From positions 3,415 through 67,414 of the forward strand of contig JANLTU010000036.1 in the NCBI GenBank assembly GCA_031363085.1: DNA of 64,000 nucleotides, read 5' to 3'. Made by a program: the position numbers and the translations under genes. Shown here one piece after another: positions 19,829 through 30,160 of the stretch (its first letter is position 1; every line of letters starts with the position of its first letter). This DNA comes from Gammaproteobacteria bacterium (GTDB lineage: Bacteria; Pseudomonadota; Gammaproteobacteria; SG8-11). The notes below the pieces were generated by a model that was not told the DNA's origin, did not search any database, and was given only the letters and a program-made list of their open reading frames with translations.

Positions 19829-22714
19829 TCACTGTTTCACTGCTGCCTGCACATCATTATTTTCGAGCGCGCGCGGCACCTTGGCCGCGTTTGCAGGATC
19901 GCTGCCGGCGTCACGTTCGTCGCCGTCGTAGTAACCGTCGAGATCACGGTCCAAGGCCATGCGCACGCCGGAGCCGGGCGGTACGCAGGTGTAAGTCAGT
20001 GGGGCATGGCGGCTGCGGGCGCGCAGCGCGCTTGCGCCAAGCGCCGGGTCATGCGCGCGATCAGTTTTAAACCGACCGCCGCCGCTGTAGAGATAGCCGC
20101 GTTCGTGTTCGCCGGTTTCTCTTACGACCAGCTCGCACTCGCCGGCGTCGGCGCGCTGCACTAATAAGTCGATACGCGGCACTGCGGCGGTGACATTGTC
20201 GCGCGTCAGCGTTACTTGCTGGCCCACGACCGGGGCAAGATTGCTGTCGAAGGCGAGCATGAACTGCTCCATCTGGCGACGCATTTTTTCACTCAGGGGA
20301 TTGAGCGTCCCCGCCAGCGGATGGTCCGGTGCAACGAACGGAAAGCCGCCCGGGTTACCGGGGTCCAGCGGGCTGAGTGCGCCGGGCAGGCGGAAGCGGA
20401 ACACGATGGAGTTATGGAAGCGTGCCAGCGTATCGTTGCTGCCGTCATGTAAAAAACCAAAACCGCGCACCTGCTCGCCCATGTCGCCATTGTCACCCGG
20501 CAAAATGAAACGCAACACTTGCGCCATGCCGAACATGCCGACCTTCTGGTACATGTTGCGCAGATGCGGCACTTTCATGAACTGGGTTTCCGACTCGAAG
20601 GAGTAACGTCCATCGCTGCCGAAGAAGCCCGGTTTGGCGACGCCGAATTGGCGGTTGCCATCCGGGTCCAGGACGTGACAACCATTGCAGTTGAAGAAGG
20701 TATCCGAGATCAGGCCGAAATACATGCCGCGCCCGGCAGCCTGGTCGGGTGTCAGTGAGTTGTCCAGCGCGCGGATCGGGTTGGGCGGATAAGTGATTTG
20801 CAGCACGAAGTCGGTGAAGGCTTGCATCTGCGCATCGGTCAGTACCGCGTCACGTCCGTTCAGCCCGGCGAAGGCGACGTTGAATTTTTTGAAGGCAAGA
20901 TCTTCGTTGAACGCGCCGCTGTCGGGTTGTGCACTGGGTTCGTCGTTGCCGCCGGTGCGGTCACCGCGCCAGTGCATCGGGCCATGATTGGCCATGCCGC
21001 GCAAACTTTGCGTGGTCATCGGGCCTTTGAGCGCGTGAAAGTGCGGATTGAGCGTGGCAGTGAAGCCTTGCGGAAAATTGATGGTTGGCCCCAGTAGAAA
21101 CGGACCGGGGTTATTGATGGTGGTGCCGTCCGGGTCGCCCAGATCCCACGCCAGGCTGTCGAAGTCGCCGAAGATATGACAGCTTGAACACGACGAGTCG
21201 CCATGACTTGAGGTTAACGACGCGTCGTACAGCAGGCGCCGCCCCTGCGTGATGCTGGCGGGTTCGGGGTTAAACATCGCCACGTGCGCGGTTTCCTTGC
21301 CGTGCTTCAGGTCGATGATCGAGACGCTGTTGTCGAAGCGCGTGAGCACATACAGGCGTTGGTTGTTTTCATCCAGCGCCAGACCGGAAGGCCCGCCGCC
21401 GCTGACTTCGATCTGGTTGGCGCGGTCGGGCACGAAACTGTCGGCTTCCAGTTCGGCGGTTTTGAACACGCCGACCTTGCTGGAACCAAACGCCGCGACG
21501 AACAGCATTTTGCCGTCGCGCGTCACCACCATATCCATCGGCTGGGCGAGGCTTTTTGCGTTTTCGGCGTTGGGCCGCGCGGCGCAGCACAGGTTGTAGT
21601 CGATGTGTTTGTTCAGATGGCGCGCTTGTGAGCCAGTGCTTGACAATACGGTGATGCGGCTTTCCGTCAAGTGGCCTTGCAGGGTGTGCTCGCGGCCCAG
21701 GCGCGTGCCGAAGCCTTCAAAGCGGCGCAGATTTTGCGCGTCGGTGTTTGACACATACACTTTGCCGTTCACCGGATTCACCACCATGTTAAACAGCACC
21801 GTTCCGACGCCCATAAACGCGCCGCCGCTGACCGGCGCCGGCGGGTTGGCGGTGGCATCGATCACGAACACGTCTTTGTCGGGCAGGCTGAAGCGTACTT
21901 TGTCGTCCCAAGTGCGACCCAGCTCGTCAAGCCAGTGTTGACCATTGAATTTCACGATCAGGCCGGTCTCAGGCTGGGCTTCGCCGGCGGCATCCACACG
22001 CGTTGCGGGCAGGCCGCCGTTGGCTTCGCCGCCGACGGGGACCAGTTCTTGAAATAGCGTGGTGGTGCGGTTGCCGGTGTGGAAGCCGGCGGCGTACACG
22101 CGTGTGCCGTCGGGCGTCACCGCCAGCGCGCGCGGGGTGTCGGTGAACAGCGTGAGAATCGTCAGCGGCGCGCTGCTGGAACTTTTCGCATCGAACACCC
22201 ACACGTCGGCGCGTCCGATGCCGGGTGTTGTCAACTGCGGATCGTGCGGATTGTTCTGGCCGCGATGCGCAGTGGTGATGAAGGCGCGATCATGTTTCGA
22301 TCCGCCGAACACGATATCGCGCGGTTCGTCGCCGACCAGCAAGGTGCGCGTGATCTGCGCGTGCTCGGGCTCGTGCACGTCGACGACACTGATGCTGTCG
22401 GACAGGTGATTGACCACCCACACTTCGTCGTTGGAGCGGGCCGTGACCGCCACCGGCTCCAGGCCCACCGCGACTGACTTGCGATGCTCTAATCCTTGTT
22501 CGGTAACGCGGAAAATTTCCAGTCGCGCATCCGGTGTATTAACGGCATACAGGTATTTTCCGTCGGGCGACAAGGCCAAGGGCCGCACCTGCCCGGATTC
22601 AAATAAGGTAAACGACGCTGGCGTCTGCGCATTCGTATACCCGGTGCCAGTGAGCCCGCCGAGTAACAATGCTGCGCAGATGATTCCATGGCGACGTTGT
22701 GCTTGAACGATCAT
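19829..22714 (-). CDS. Secreted 961-aa protein: N-terminal beta-propeller (YVTN-like) plus C-terminal di-heme cytochrome c peroxidase/MauG-like domain
   Basis: Signal peptide; repeated propeller-like blades (SPDGKYLYAVN, TPDGTRVYAAG, ...); two CXXCH motifs (CSSCH and CNGCH); and a PHLRNM segment reminiscent of the CCP/MauG family. Confidence 0.65.
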   Translation of the reverse strand: MIVQAQRRHGIICAALLLGGLTGTGYTNAQTPASFTLFESGQVRPLALSPDGKYLYAVNTPDARLEIFRVTEQGLEHRKSVAVGLEPVAVTARSNDEVWVVNHLSDSISVVDVHEPEHAQITRTLLVGDEPRDIVFGGSKHDRAFITTAHRGQNNPHDPQLTTPGIGRADVWVFDAKSSSSAPLTILTLFTDTPRALAVTPDGTRVYAAGFHTGNRTTTLFQELVPVGGEANGGLPATRVDAAGEAQPETGLIVKFNGQHWLDELGRTWDDKVRFSLPDKDVFVIDATANPPAPVSGGAFMGVGTVLFNMVVNPVNGKVYVSNTDAQNLRRFEGFGTRLGREHTLQGHLTESRITVLSSTGSQARHLNKHIDYNLCCAARPNAENAKSLAQPMDMVVTRDGKMLFVAAFGSSKVGVFKTAELEADSFVPDRANQIEVSGGGPSGLALDENNQRLYVLTRFDNSVSIIDLKHGKETAHVAMFNPEPASITQGRRLLYDASLTSSHGDSSCSSCHIFGDFDSLAWDLGDPDGTTINNPGPFLLGPTINFPQGFTATLNPHFHALKGPMTTQSLRGMANHGPMHWRGDRTGGNDEPSAQPDSGAFNEDLAFKKFNVAFAGLNGRDAVLTDAQMQAFTDFVLQITYPPNPIRALDNSLTPDQAAGRGMYFGLISDTFFNCNGCHVLDPDGNRQFGVAKPGFFGSDGRYSFESETQFMKVPHLRNMYQKVGMFGMAQVLRFILPGDNGDMGEQVRGFGFLHDGSNDTLARFHNSIVFRFRLPGALSPLDPGNPGGFPFVAPDHPLAGTLNPLSEKMRRQMEQFMLAFDSNLAPVVGQQVTLTRDNVTAAVPRIDLLVQRADAGECELVVRETGEHERGYLYSGGGRFKTDRAHDPALGASALRARSRHAPLTYTCVPPGSGVRMALDRDLDGYYDGDERDAGSDPANAAKVPRALENNDVQAAVKQ

Positions 22715-23197
22715 GCCTTGCTCTCCTTAGGAGGAATTTTATGAGTAGGACTACAGGGCAGAAACGGGGCGGAATATCGAGACAGTATTCCAGCCGCCCA
22801 GAAATCAATCAACCTTGCGGAGAGCAGACACTAACCTTCAGTCAGCCCGGTTGTCGTGGGTAATATTTGAGCTAGCGTATGTGAATATTCACGCAAAAAA
22901 ATTTTCCGAGTTGATCACCGCTCGGGGGGTGTTGAAGCACGCGCAGCTTGGCAGCCGAGTGCATTGCCTCGTTGCTGATTTAGTTTCAGTCTCGTTTTGA
23001 ATGGTAAGACGGTTAGTAAAAATCCATTTGCCGATCCCAACTGCTGCGTTTGGGTTTGATAGAAGTGCGCTGTAAGAAATACGCTGAAATGGAATAAGCT
23101 TCGAGGCGGCTGGGATGGGCGCTGTCATCGATATTGTGATTTTGCCGCCCGCATAGCACATTACGCAGGGACATAAATTTCTGCGCACACTAAATCG

Positions 23198-26100
23198 ATG
23201 AAGGAATCGCTGCTAATTATGAGTCGTTTAATTCCGCTGTTTCTTTTACTTTCTGGTATTGCGAGTTTGACTTACCAAGTCACCTGGGTCCGGTTATTGG
23301 GCCACAGCATGGGTTCGACCAGTGCTGCGATCAGTACTGTGCTTGCGGCATTTTTTCTCGGGCTGGCGCTGGGTAGTTATTCAGCCGAAAAAATCACCCG
23401 TAACCGGATCAACGATTTACGCGTCTACATCGTGCTTGAGCTGGTGATTGGTCTGTCGGGGCTGCTGCTGCTGCCGGTGCTGTTGAATTTAGACAGCGTC
23501 ATGGCGCAGTTACCCGCCTTTGGTTCCACCCTCACTGCCAAATTCCTGATCGCCATGATCTTGCTGGCGGTGCCGACGATCTGTATGGGCGCAACGTTTC
23601 CGGTCATCGCCGCGATTTTGATACGCAAATCTACCGATATTGGTGGTGGCTTGAGTGCGCTGTATAGCACCAACACTGCAGGTGCGGTGCTGGGTGCGGG
23701 CCTATCCGGATTTGTATTTATTCCGCAGTGGGGGTTGGACGGCGCCATCTATATTGCTTTTGCACTGAATATGGTGATTGCGGCTTTGGCCTGGGGCCTC
23801 AATCGCAATTTAAGCCTGCTGCCGTTGGAACCTGAATCAAGCGTTGATGCGCATGTTGACCATCGTCCCGTGATGCCTGTGGCCAGGTTGCCCGGCGCGG
23901 CGTTGGTGGTGTTGTTCTGCACTGGCTTGGTGGCGATTGCCAGCGAAGTCGGTTGGACCAAGTATCTGGGGATTTTTACCGGCACCACGATTTACGGGTT
24001 TGCGGCGATCCTTACGGTATTTCTGATCGGCATCGCCTCGGGGTCGTGGTGGATCAAGTCGCGGCTGGAAAGCTTGCGTACCCCCCACGTGTGGTTGTCC
24101 GCCGGGCTGGTCGCACTGGGCTTGGCGTTGTTGTTGACGCGGGCCGGGCTGAGCGTCGTGCCCAACATCTACAGCGGAGTTAATTATCTGGATGCGCCGG
24201 CACCGGTAATTTATGCCGTGAAATATCTGGTGGTGTTCTTGTTGCTGATCGTGCCGACGTTTCTGTTCGGCGCGTTGTTCCCGTTGAACCTCAAACTTTA
24301 TTGTGTGGATCTGCGCGGTGTGCGCACGCGTGTCGGGCGTGCTTACGCGATCAATACCCTGGCCAGCATCATCGGCGCGATCCTTGCGGGATTTTATTTC
24401 ATTCCGCAATTTGGCACCGACACGTTGCTGACCTGCGGCGCATTGCTCATTCTGGCGCTGCCGGTGTTGTTTTTACCGGTCCCCGCGCCGGGTCGAAGCG
24501 GAGCGGTGCTTGCCGCGAGTGCGTCCGTTGTCGTGGTGGGACTCAACTGGTTGGTGCCGCATATTGACTATAAAACCATGATCAGCTCGGTGGCCTACAA
24601 ATACGATGACGACGTGAAGGCCGGGCGTAAGCCCGAGTTTATTTTTTTACAGGAGGGCAAAGCCGGTGTAATCAGTGCGGTCAGCTACGACGGCAGGCTT
24701 GCCAAGTTACAGAACAATGGGCTTAACGAGTCCATGGTGGACATGAAAGACCCGACACACGCGCGCTTGGTGGAGCAACTGCTGAGTCTGATACCTTATT
24801 TCCTGCACGAAAACCCCCATTCTGCGTTCATCGTTGGCTTCGGTGGGGGAGTGACCACGCGCGCTTTGACCCACACCGATCTGGAGTCGATCCGTGTGGT
24901 CGAGCTTGAACCCGCCATCGTTGACGCGGGTCGTGCCATCGTCAAGGGTGAGATTCCCGCGCTGCAAGACCCGCGTGTGCATCTTGAATTCAACGACGCG
25001 CGCAATACTTTGCTGCTCGACCCCACGCGTTACGACATCGTCGCGGCACAAGCTTCGCATCCCTGGCTGGCAGGCGCGGCCAACGTGTTCACCAAGGAAT
25101 TTTTCGAGCTGGTGCGCACGCGGCTTAATCCAGGTGGCATCTACGGGCAGTGGGTCAATCTGTTCAACATGGACGCCACCACCTTGCGGGCGATTTTTAA
25201 AGCGTTTTTTACCGTGTTTCCCGAGGGCGTGACGTTTTCAAATTTGACTACGGGTGATTTCATGCTGTTCGGTTCTGATCGCCCGCTCACTTTCGACTAC
25301 AGCCGTATCGCGGCGCGCATGGATCATCCCGACATCAAGGCCGCCTTGGAGCATTACGAACTGCGCACGCCGGAAGATCTAATCAGCTACTTGGCCTTGT
25401 CCCGCCGTGAAGCCTTGGGGACGACTACCCCCGACGGCCCCATGAACAGCGACACCAACATTTTGTCCGAAGTGCGTTTGGCGCGCCTAATTGACGTGCC
25501 GCAAGGTGAGGAGAATCCCTATGATCTGATCACGGGCACCTTCAAGTTTGATATCACGCCTTATCTCAAGCCGGAGCAGGCAGCGCAGCAGATTTTTGAC
25601 GTGGGGCTGGTGTTCATACGTTGGGAAGACATGGTTTCAGCGCGTCATGCGGTCGGCCAGCTCAAGGGCTTAGACGCGTCGTTGTCGCGCGCGCTCGACT
25701 ACGAAGTGTTGTCGTTCGAGGAAAAGCGCGACGCAGCGAACAAGCTTTATGCGGCGCATCAGCAGTGGCCGGATCGCATCCATCGCAAGCAAATCGAAGC
25801 GCTCGCCGCGCTTGCGAAGTTTGCCGAGGCGCAGACGCTAGTGGCGCGCATGGTCGACGAAAAACTGCGTCGCAGTGCCGCCGCTTACCTGCTCTATCAG
25901 CAAGGACAATGGCATGCGTTGGAAGCGCTGCGCCCGATTTCTGATGAAGAGCGTAAATGGCAATTGCTGGCGGTGGCGCGTCATGACATTAATTTCGCCG
26001 GGCCGCAGTTGCTGTCGCTGCAAAAAGACGACGATGACGATATGGCATTGTTGCGCACGCTGGTGGGTTATTACGCCGCCGCTAATGATCAAGTGAATTT

Positions 26101-26329
26101 GCAAATTCAGGCGCGACGTTTGGTCGCGGCTCTTGATGGCAAGGTGAAGCGCCTCACTGCCGCCGCCGCAGCGGCATTGACCGACAAAGAAACAGCGCGT
26201 GCGCGTCAGATATTGACTAATATAGAACGGCTTGATCCTAAGATGAAACAACTTGATGAGCTGCGGGAGCGGCTGGCCGAGGTCCAGGCTTCGTTAGACA
26301 CGCGCGCTGCGCAGCCGGCGGCAAATTAG
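23198..26329 (+). CDS. Fused polytopic membrane domain / spermidine synthase-like (aminopropyltransferase) protein with C-terminal helical-repeat region
   Basis: About 12 N-terminal TM helices, then spermidine-synthase-like motifs (VGFGGGVTTRAL ... VVELEPAIVDA ... DIVAAQASHPW), then an Ala/Leu-rich TPR-like tail. Confidence 0.75.
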   Translation: MKESLLIMSRLIPLFLLLSGIASLTYQVTWVRLLGHSMGSTSAAISTVLAAFFLGLALGSYSAEKITRNRINDLRVYIVLELVIGLSGLLLLPVLLNLDSVMAQLPAFGSTLTAKFLIAMILLAVPTICMGATFPVIAAILIRKSTDIGGGLSALYSTNTAGAVLGAGLSGFVFIPQWGLDGAIYIAFALNMVIAALAWGLNRNLSLLPLEPESSVDAHVDHRPVMPVARLPGAALVVLFCTGLVAIASEVGWTKYLGIFTGTTIYGFAAILTVFLIGIASGSWWIKSRLESLRTPHVWLSAGLVALGLALLLTRAGLSVVPNIYSGVNYLDAPAPVIYAVKYLVVFLLLIVPTFLFGALFPLNLKLYCVDLRGVRTRVGRAYAINTLASIIGAILAGFYFIPQFGTDTLLTCGALLILALPVLFLPVPAPGRSGAVLAASASVVVVGLNWLVPHIDYKTMISSVAYKYDDDVKAGRKPEFIFLQEGKAGVISAVSYDGRLAKLQNNGLNESMVDMKDPTHARLVEQLLSLIPYFLHENPHSAFIVGFGGGVTTRALTHTDLESIRVVELEPAIVDAGRAIVKGEIPALQDPRVHLEFNDARNTLLLDPTRYDIVAAQASHPWLAGAANVFTKEFFELVRTRLNPGGIYGQWVNLFNMDATTLRAIFKAFFTVFPEGVTFSNLTTGDFMLFGSDRPLTFDYSRIAARMDHPDIKAALEHYELRTPEDLISYLALSRREALGTTTPDGPMNSDTNILSEVRLARLIDVPQGEENPYDLITGTFKFDITPYLKPEQAAQQIFDVGLVFIRWEDMVSARHAVGQLKGLDASLSRALDYEVLSFEEKRDAANKLYAAHQQWPDRIHRKQIEALAALAKFAEAQTLVARMVDEKLRRSAAAYLLYQQGQWHALEALRPISDEERKWQLLAVARHDINFAGPQLLSLQKDDDDDMALLRTLVGYYAAANDQVNLQIQARRLVAALDGKVKRLTAAAAAALTDKETARARQILTNIERLDPKMKQLDELRERLAEVQASLDTRAAQPAAN

Positions 26330-26342
26330 ACGGGAGGCGAGT

Positions 26343-26783
26343 ATGCAGGCAGCAACTTATCGAAACGTATTGTGGGCCACCGACTTGGGTGAACATAGCG
26401 AGCCGGTCGGTGCGCGCGCTGCCGAGATTGCGCAACGTTATGCGGCGCCGCTATCGGTGCTGCATGTGGTCGCCTACCTGCCGCCGTTTGAATTAGGTGG
26501 AGAACTGACGCTGCCTGCGTATCCTGACATCGAAGCGCAGTTGATCAGACAGGCGAAACTGCGTCTTGAAAAGCTGGCTCAAAAATATAATGTCGAGATC
26601 TGGAGACAAAATGTCGTGGTCGGGTCGGCGCGTTCTGAAATCGTGCGTGTGGCGCGTGAGCAAAATATCGATCTGATCATCGTTGGCGGTCACAGTCGAC
26701 ATGGTCTGGGATTATTGCTGGGCTCGGTCGCCAATGGCGTGTTGCACAGTGCGGCTTGTGATGTGCTGGCTGTGAAAGTGTGA
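26343..26783 (+). CDS. Universal stress protein (UspA family)
   Basis: 146 aa with a UspA fold and a C-terminal GSVANGVL motif. Confidence 0.8.
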   Translation: MQAATYRNVLWATDLGEHSEPVGARAAEIAQRYAAPLSVLHVVAYLPPFELGGELTLPAYPDIEAQLIRQAKLRLEKLAQKYNVEIWRQNVVVGSARSEIVRVAREQNIDLIIVGGHSRHGLGLLLGSVANGVLHSAACDVLAVKV

Positions 26784-26897
26784 CGCTCCGGTGCTGTAAA
26801 AATAGGCTTTTTTTAAATTATTCGGTGTGTGCTGCGTGCCTATTTCCAGTGCGAAATGACCGCAAATTGAGTCTGTGAAATTAGAAGAAATTCATCG

Positions 26898-26927
26898 TTG
26901 ACATCGTTGTCGGGGTTGGTCTAGCAT
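26898..26927 (+). promoter_or_regulatory. Candidate sigma70-type promoter in the 500-bp leader upstream of the ACIII operon
   Basis: TTGACA, 18 bp, TAGCAT. This is weak and sits ~360 nt upstream of actA. An alternative TTGACA lies at 27207. Confidence 0.2.
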
Positions 26928-27289
26928 CGACGCTCCCGTGTGAACAGGGGCCGAAGTTGATACATAAGTTTTCGCTAATATTTTATACAACACCGCATAC
27001 TGGTGGGGCTTGAGGGGAAAGGGAAGTGGGTAAGGGGGAGAACTGTTATTTTGCAATCATAAGGATGTTGCGTGCTTCAGGTGCGCAACTCCCTTTTCAA
27101 TTTTACAACTCCTTGACGTAAAAGCGACCTGCATTGCCGCGCGAAACAACTTCGTGTGGCCCTTGCTAACGTTAATAAAAATGCCGCCGCTTTAAAGTGT
27201 TCGATCTTGACATAAGAGCGATCCAGGCTATGGAACGGCGGTTTGTTTTCTAGGTTGAGACAGGTATTCGCACTAGCGAGAGGTTGATC

Positions 27290-27907
27290 ATGGTTCGATG
27301 GGTTAACAAACAGGTTGCTGAAATCGCCGGCGCCACTGCGCCGCGCGCACTGCGCCATGTGTCATGGATTGCGGCGGTCGCATTAATGTGGGCGGCGTCT
27401 TCCTCGGCGGGTTTTGCGCAGGATATTGTTCCGCCGGTCGGGTTGCATCAGGGCGAAGATGTTGTGCAGCCGATTGAGTTTCCGCACAACATCCACGTTG
27501 AAGTAAACAAGATTAATTGCATGTACTGCCACACCTACGCGCGGCGCAGCAAGGTTGCCGGCATTCCGCCGACCAGCAAGTGCATCGGCTGCCACAAAAT
27601 CATCGCCACCGACAAGCCGCGTATTCAGAAGCTGACCGAATATTGGCAGAAAGGCGAATCCCCGAAGTGGAAAAAAGTGCATGACGTGCCCGACTACGTG
27701 CACTTTACGCATGAGCGCCATCTGAAAAAACTGGTGTTTGACCGTGATTACCCGGTTGAAGATGTGAAAGAGATTTGTGCGTTTTGCCATGGCCAGTTGA
27801 AAGAGATGACCGTGGCCAAAAAAGTTAAACCGCTGAATATGGGCTGGTGCGTCAGTTGCCATGAAAAGAACGGTGGACCCAGCGACTGCTGGAAGTGCCA
27901 CAAGTAA
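27290..27907 (+). CDS. actA: Alternative complex III pentaheme cytochrome c subunit ActA
   Basis: Five CXXCH motifs (CMYCH, CIGCH, CAFCH, CVSCH, CWKCH). It is the first gene of an act-type operon. Confidence 0.85.
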   Translation: MVRWVNKQVAEIAGATAPRALRHVSWIAAVALMWAASSSAGFAQDIVPPVGLHQGEDVVQPIEFPHNIHVEVNKINCMYCHTYARRSKVAGIPPTSKCIGCHKIIATDKPRIQKLTEYWQKGESPKWKKVHDVPDYVHFTHERHLKKLVFDRDYPVEDVKEICAFCHGQLKEMTVAKKVKPLNMGWCVSCHEKNGGPSDCWKCHK

Positions 27908-27947
27908 CCCACCTGCGCGCAAACGCGACACAACGGAACGATTGGCT

Positions 27948-30158
27948 ATGATTGGAAAAATGAAACGTCGGGATTTTTTGAAGGCCCTCGGATTGGGCGG
28001 AACCGCGACTCTCGTGGGTTGCGACTTGCCTACGACGGTAACCTTGGAAGAAGGCAAGGAAGATGTCGTTTCTTACCTGCTTCCTGAAGAATATGCGATC
28101 CCCGGCATTGCCGTGTGGTACGCATCGACCTGCACGCAATGTACGGCCGGTTGTGGTATCCACGGACGTGTGCGTGAGGGTCGGGTGTTGAAGATTGAAG
28201 GTAACCCGGAGGCACCGATTAACGTCGGCAAAACCTGCCAGATGGGGCAGGCCGGGTTGCAGGGGCACTATAACCCCGACCGCATCACGGCGCCGATGGT
28301 GCGTGAAGGCGGCAGGCTGGTGCCGACCACTTGGGAAAAAGCGCAAGCGCTGTTAAGCGAAAAAGTGGGGGCCAAGTCCACCCTTAACGCCGACCGCGTC
28401 GCATGGTTTACCGGCACGCTTAGCGGGCATCAGCGCGCACTGGTGAATAATCATCTCGATGCCGTAGGTTCCAAGCTGCATTTCGCACACGAAGTGGTAA
28501 ACGCCAATGTGTGGCAGGCGGTTAGCCGCGACATGCTGGACGACCCGATGCCGCGCATTCGCTTGGATAAGGCCAAATTGATTTTGTCGTTTGGCGCCGA
28601 CTTCCTCGCCACTTGGGTGTCGCCGGTGCATTTCGCCGGGCAATATTCAAAATTCCGCACCGCTGCCGACCGCGGCGCGCTGATTCAAGTCGAAAGCAAA
28701 ATGAGCATGACCGGCGGCAGCGCCGACTTGTGGGTTGCGATCCGACCAGGTACCGAAGGTGCGTTGGCGCTGGGCTTGGCCAATTACTTGGTGGCCAATG
28801 GCGTGAACGCTGCGGCCTTAACTGCTGAAGTGCGCGACAAAATTGCTGCGTACGACGTGCAAAAAGTCGCTGGCATTACCGGCATTGCGACTGCGCAAAT
28901 CGAACGTATCGGCAAGGCGCTCAAGGCGCGCAGCCCGAGCGTAGTATTAGCGGGTGCGTCGGTGGAAGGGCAGGCGCAAGGCTATGAATCCGTCGCCGCG
29001 ATCATGTTGCTGAATGTCTTGCTCGGTAACATCGGCACGACTATCGAGCCCAGCGGCAAATTCCCGTTTCCGCAACTTGAAGCCAAGAGCGGCGGCACCG
29101 GTGACTTGCTCGCGTTCACGAAAGCGGTGGAGCAAAAACAACTCGACGTAGTGTTTTTTTACGGCGCCAATCCGCTGTATAGCGCACCGGCCGCGCTCAA
29201 GCTGGACGAACAAATTAATAACATCCCCTTCAAGGTTGTGTTAGCGCAGTTCCCGGATGAAACCGCCATGCATGCCGATCTGGTGTTGCCGGTGTCGTCC
29301 TATTTGGAAGACTGGGGCACGCATGTGGCTGCGTATCAGCCGGAACAAAACCAGATGGGTGTGCAGCAGCCGCTGATGCAAAAGCTTTACGGCGATACGC
29401 GCGGGTTTGGCGATGTCGTGGTGAGTTTGCTGGCGCTGCGCAACACCGCGCAGTGGGGAGCGTTCACCGACAGTTACGGTTATCTGAAAAACGTGTTTGC
29501 CACCATGAAGGCGGGTGTAGGCGCAGGTGCGTTGAGTAACGATGAATTCTGGAACAACAGCTTGCAAACCGGCATGGTGAAAGTCGACGCGCCAGCGCGT
29601 AAACATACGCTCAAGCCGGTGGTGCCGAATGTAGCTACGAATGCGCCCGATGCCGGCTTTCCCTATTACTTGGTGCCCTCGCCACGCATGGGTTTGTTCG
29701 ACGGGCGCCACGCCAATCTGCCTTGGCTGCAAGAATCGCCTGATCAAATTGCCAAGGTGGTATGGGATTCCTGGGCGGAAATTCATCCCTCGACCGCCGA
29801 CAAACTCGGCATTGCGCATGGCGATGTCATTAAAGTCGAGTCCGAGCACGGTGCGCTGGAAGTCAAAGCGTATTTGATTAAAGGCATCCATCCCGATGCG
29901 ATCTCGATCCCGCTGGGGCAGGGGCACACCGAGTACGGTCGCTACGCCAAAAATCGCGGCGTCAATCCGTTAAAGATTTTGAAGCGCATCACCGACGCGA
30001 AGACCGGCGAACTGGCGATGTACGCCACTCGCGTCAAGGTCAGCAAGACCGGCAAGCAGGATGTCATCATTCGTTTGGGCCATAGCGATACGCAGCACGG
30101 GCGTCGCTTGGCGCGTACCGTGTCGGTCGATGTGCTCAAGCGCACCAAAGGAGCCTAA
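27948..30158 (+). CDS. actB1: ACIII molybdopterin-oxidoreductase-like subunit ActB1 (Tat-exported)
   Basis: Twin-arginine signal (KRRDFLKALGLGGTATLVGC) and a molybdopterin oxidoreductase-family fold. Confidence 0.85.
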   Translation: MIGKMKRRDFLKALGLGGTATLVGCDLPTTVTLEEGKEDVVSYLLPEEYAIPGIAVWYASTCTQCTAGCGIHGRVREGRVLKIEGNPEAPINVGKTCQMGQAGLQGHYNPDRITAPMVREGGRLVPTTWEKAQALLSEKVGAKSTLNADRVAWFTGTLSGHQRALVNNHLDAVGSKLHFAHEVVNANVWQAVSRDMLDDPMPRIRLDKAKLILSFGADFLATWVSPVHFAGQYSKFRTAADRGALIQVESKMSMTGGSADLWVAIRPGTEGALALGLANYLVANGVNAAALTAEVRDKIAAYDVQKVAGITGIATAQIERIGKALKARSPSVVLAGASVEGQAQGYESVAAIMLLNVLLGNIGTTIEPSGKFPFPQLEAKSGGTGDLLAFTKAVEQKQLDVVFFYGANPLYSAPAALKLDEQINNIPFKVVLAQFPDETAMHADLVLPVSSYLEDWGTHVAAYQPEQNQMGVQQPLMQKLYGDTRGFGDVVVSLLALRNTAQWGAFTDSYGYLKNVFATMKAGVGAGALSNDEFWNNSLQTGMVKVDAPARKHTLKPVVPNVATNAPDAGFPYYLVPSPRMGLFDGRHANLPWLQESPDQIAKVVWDSWAEIHPSTADKLGIAHGDVIKVESEHGALEVKAYLIKGIHPDAISIPLGQGHTEYGRYAKNRGVNPLKILKRITDAKTGELAMYATRVKVSKTGKQDVIIRLGHSDTQHGRRLARTVSVDVLKRTKGA

Positions 30159-30160
30159 AC

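Noticed and set aside
22889-23188. 99-aa minus-strand ORF in the AT-richer intergenic region upstream of the fused spermidine-synthase gene
   Set aside because: It has atypical composition for this genome, no RBS and no motifs, and occupies what is more plausibly a shared promoter/regulatory region.
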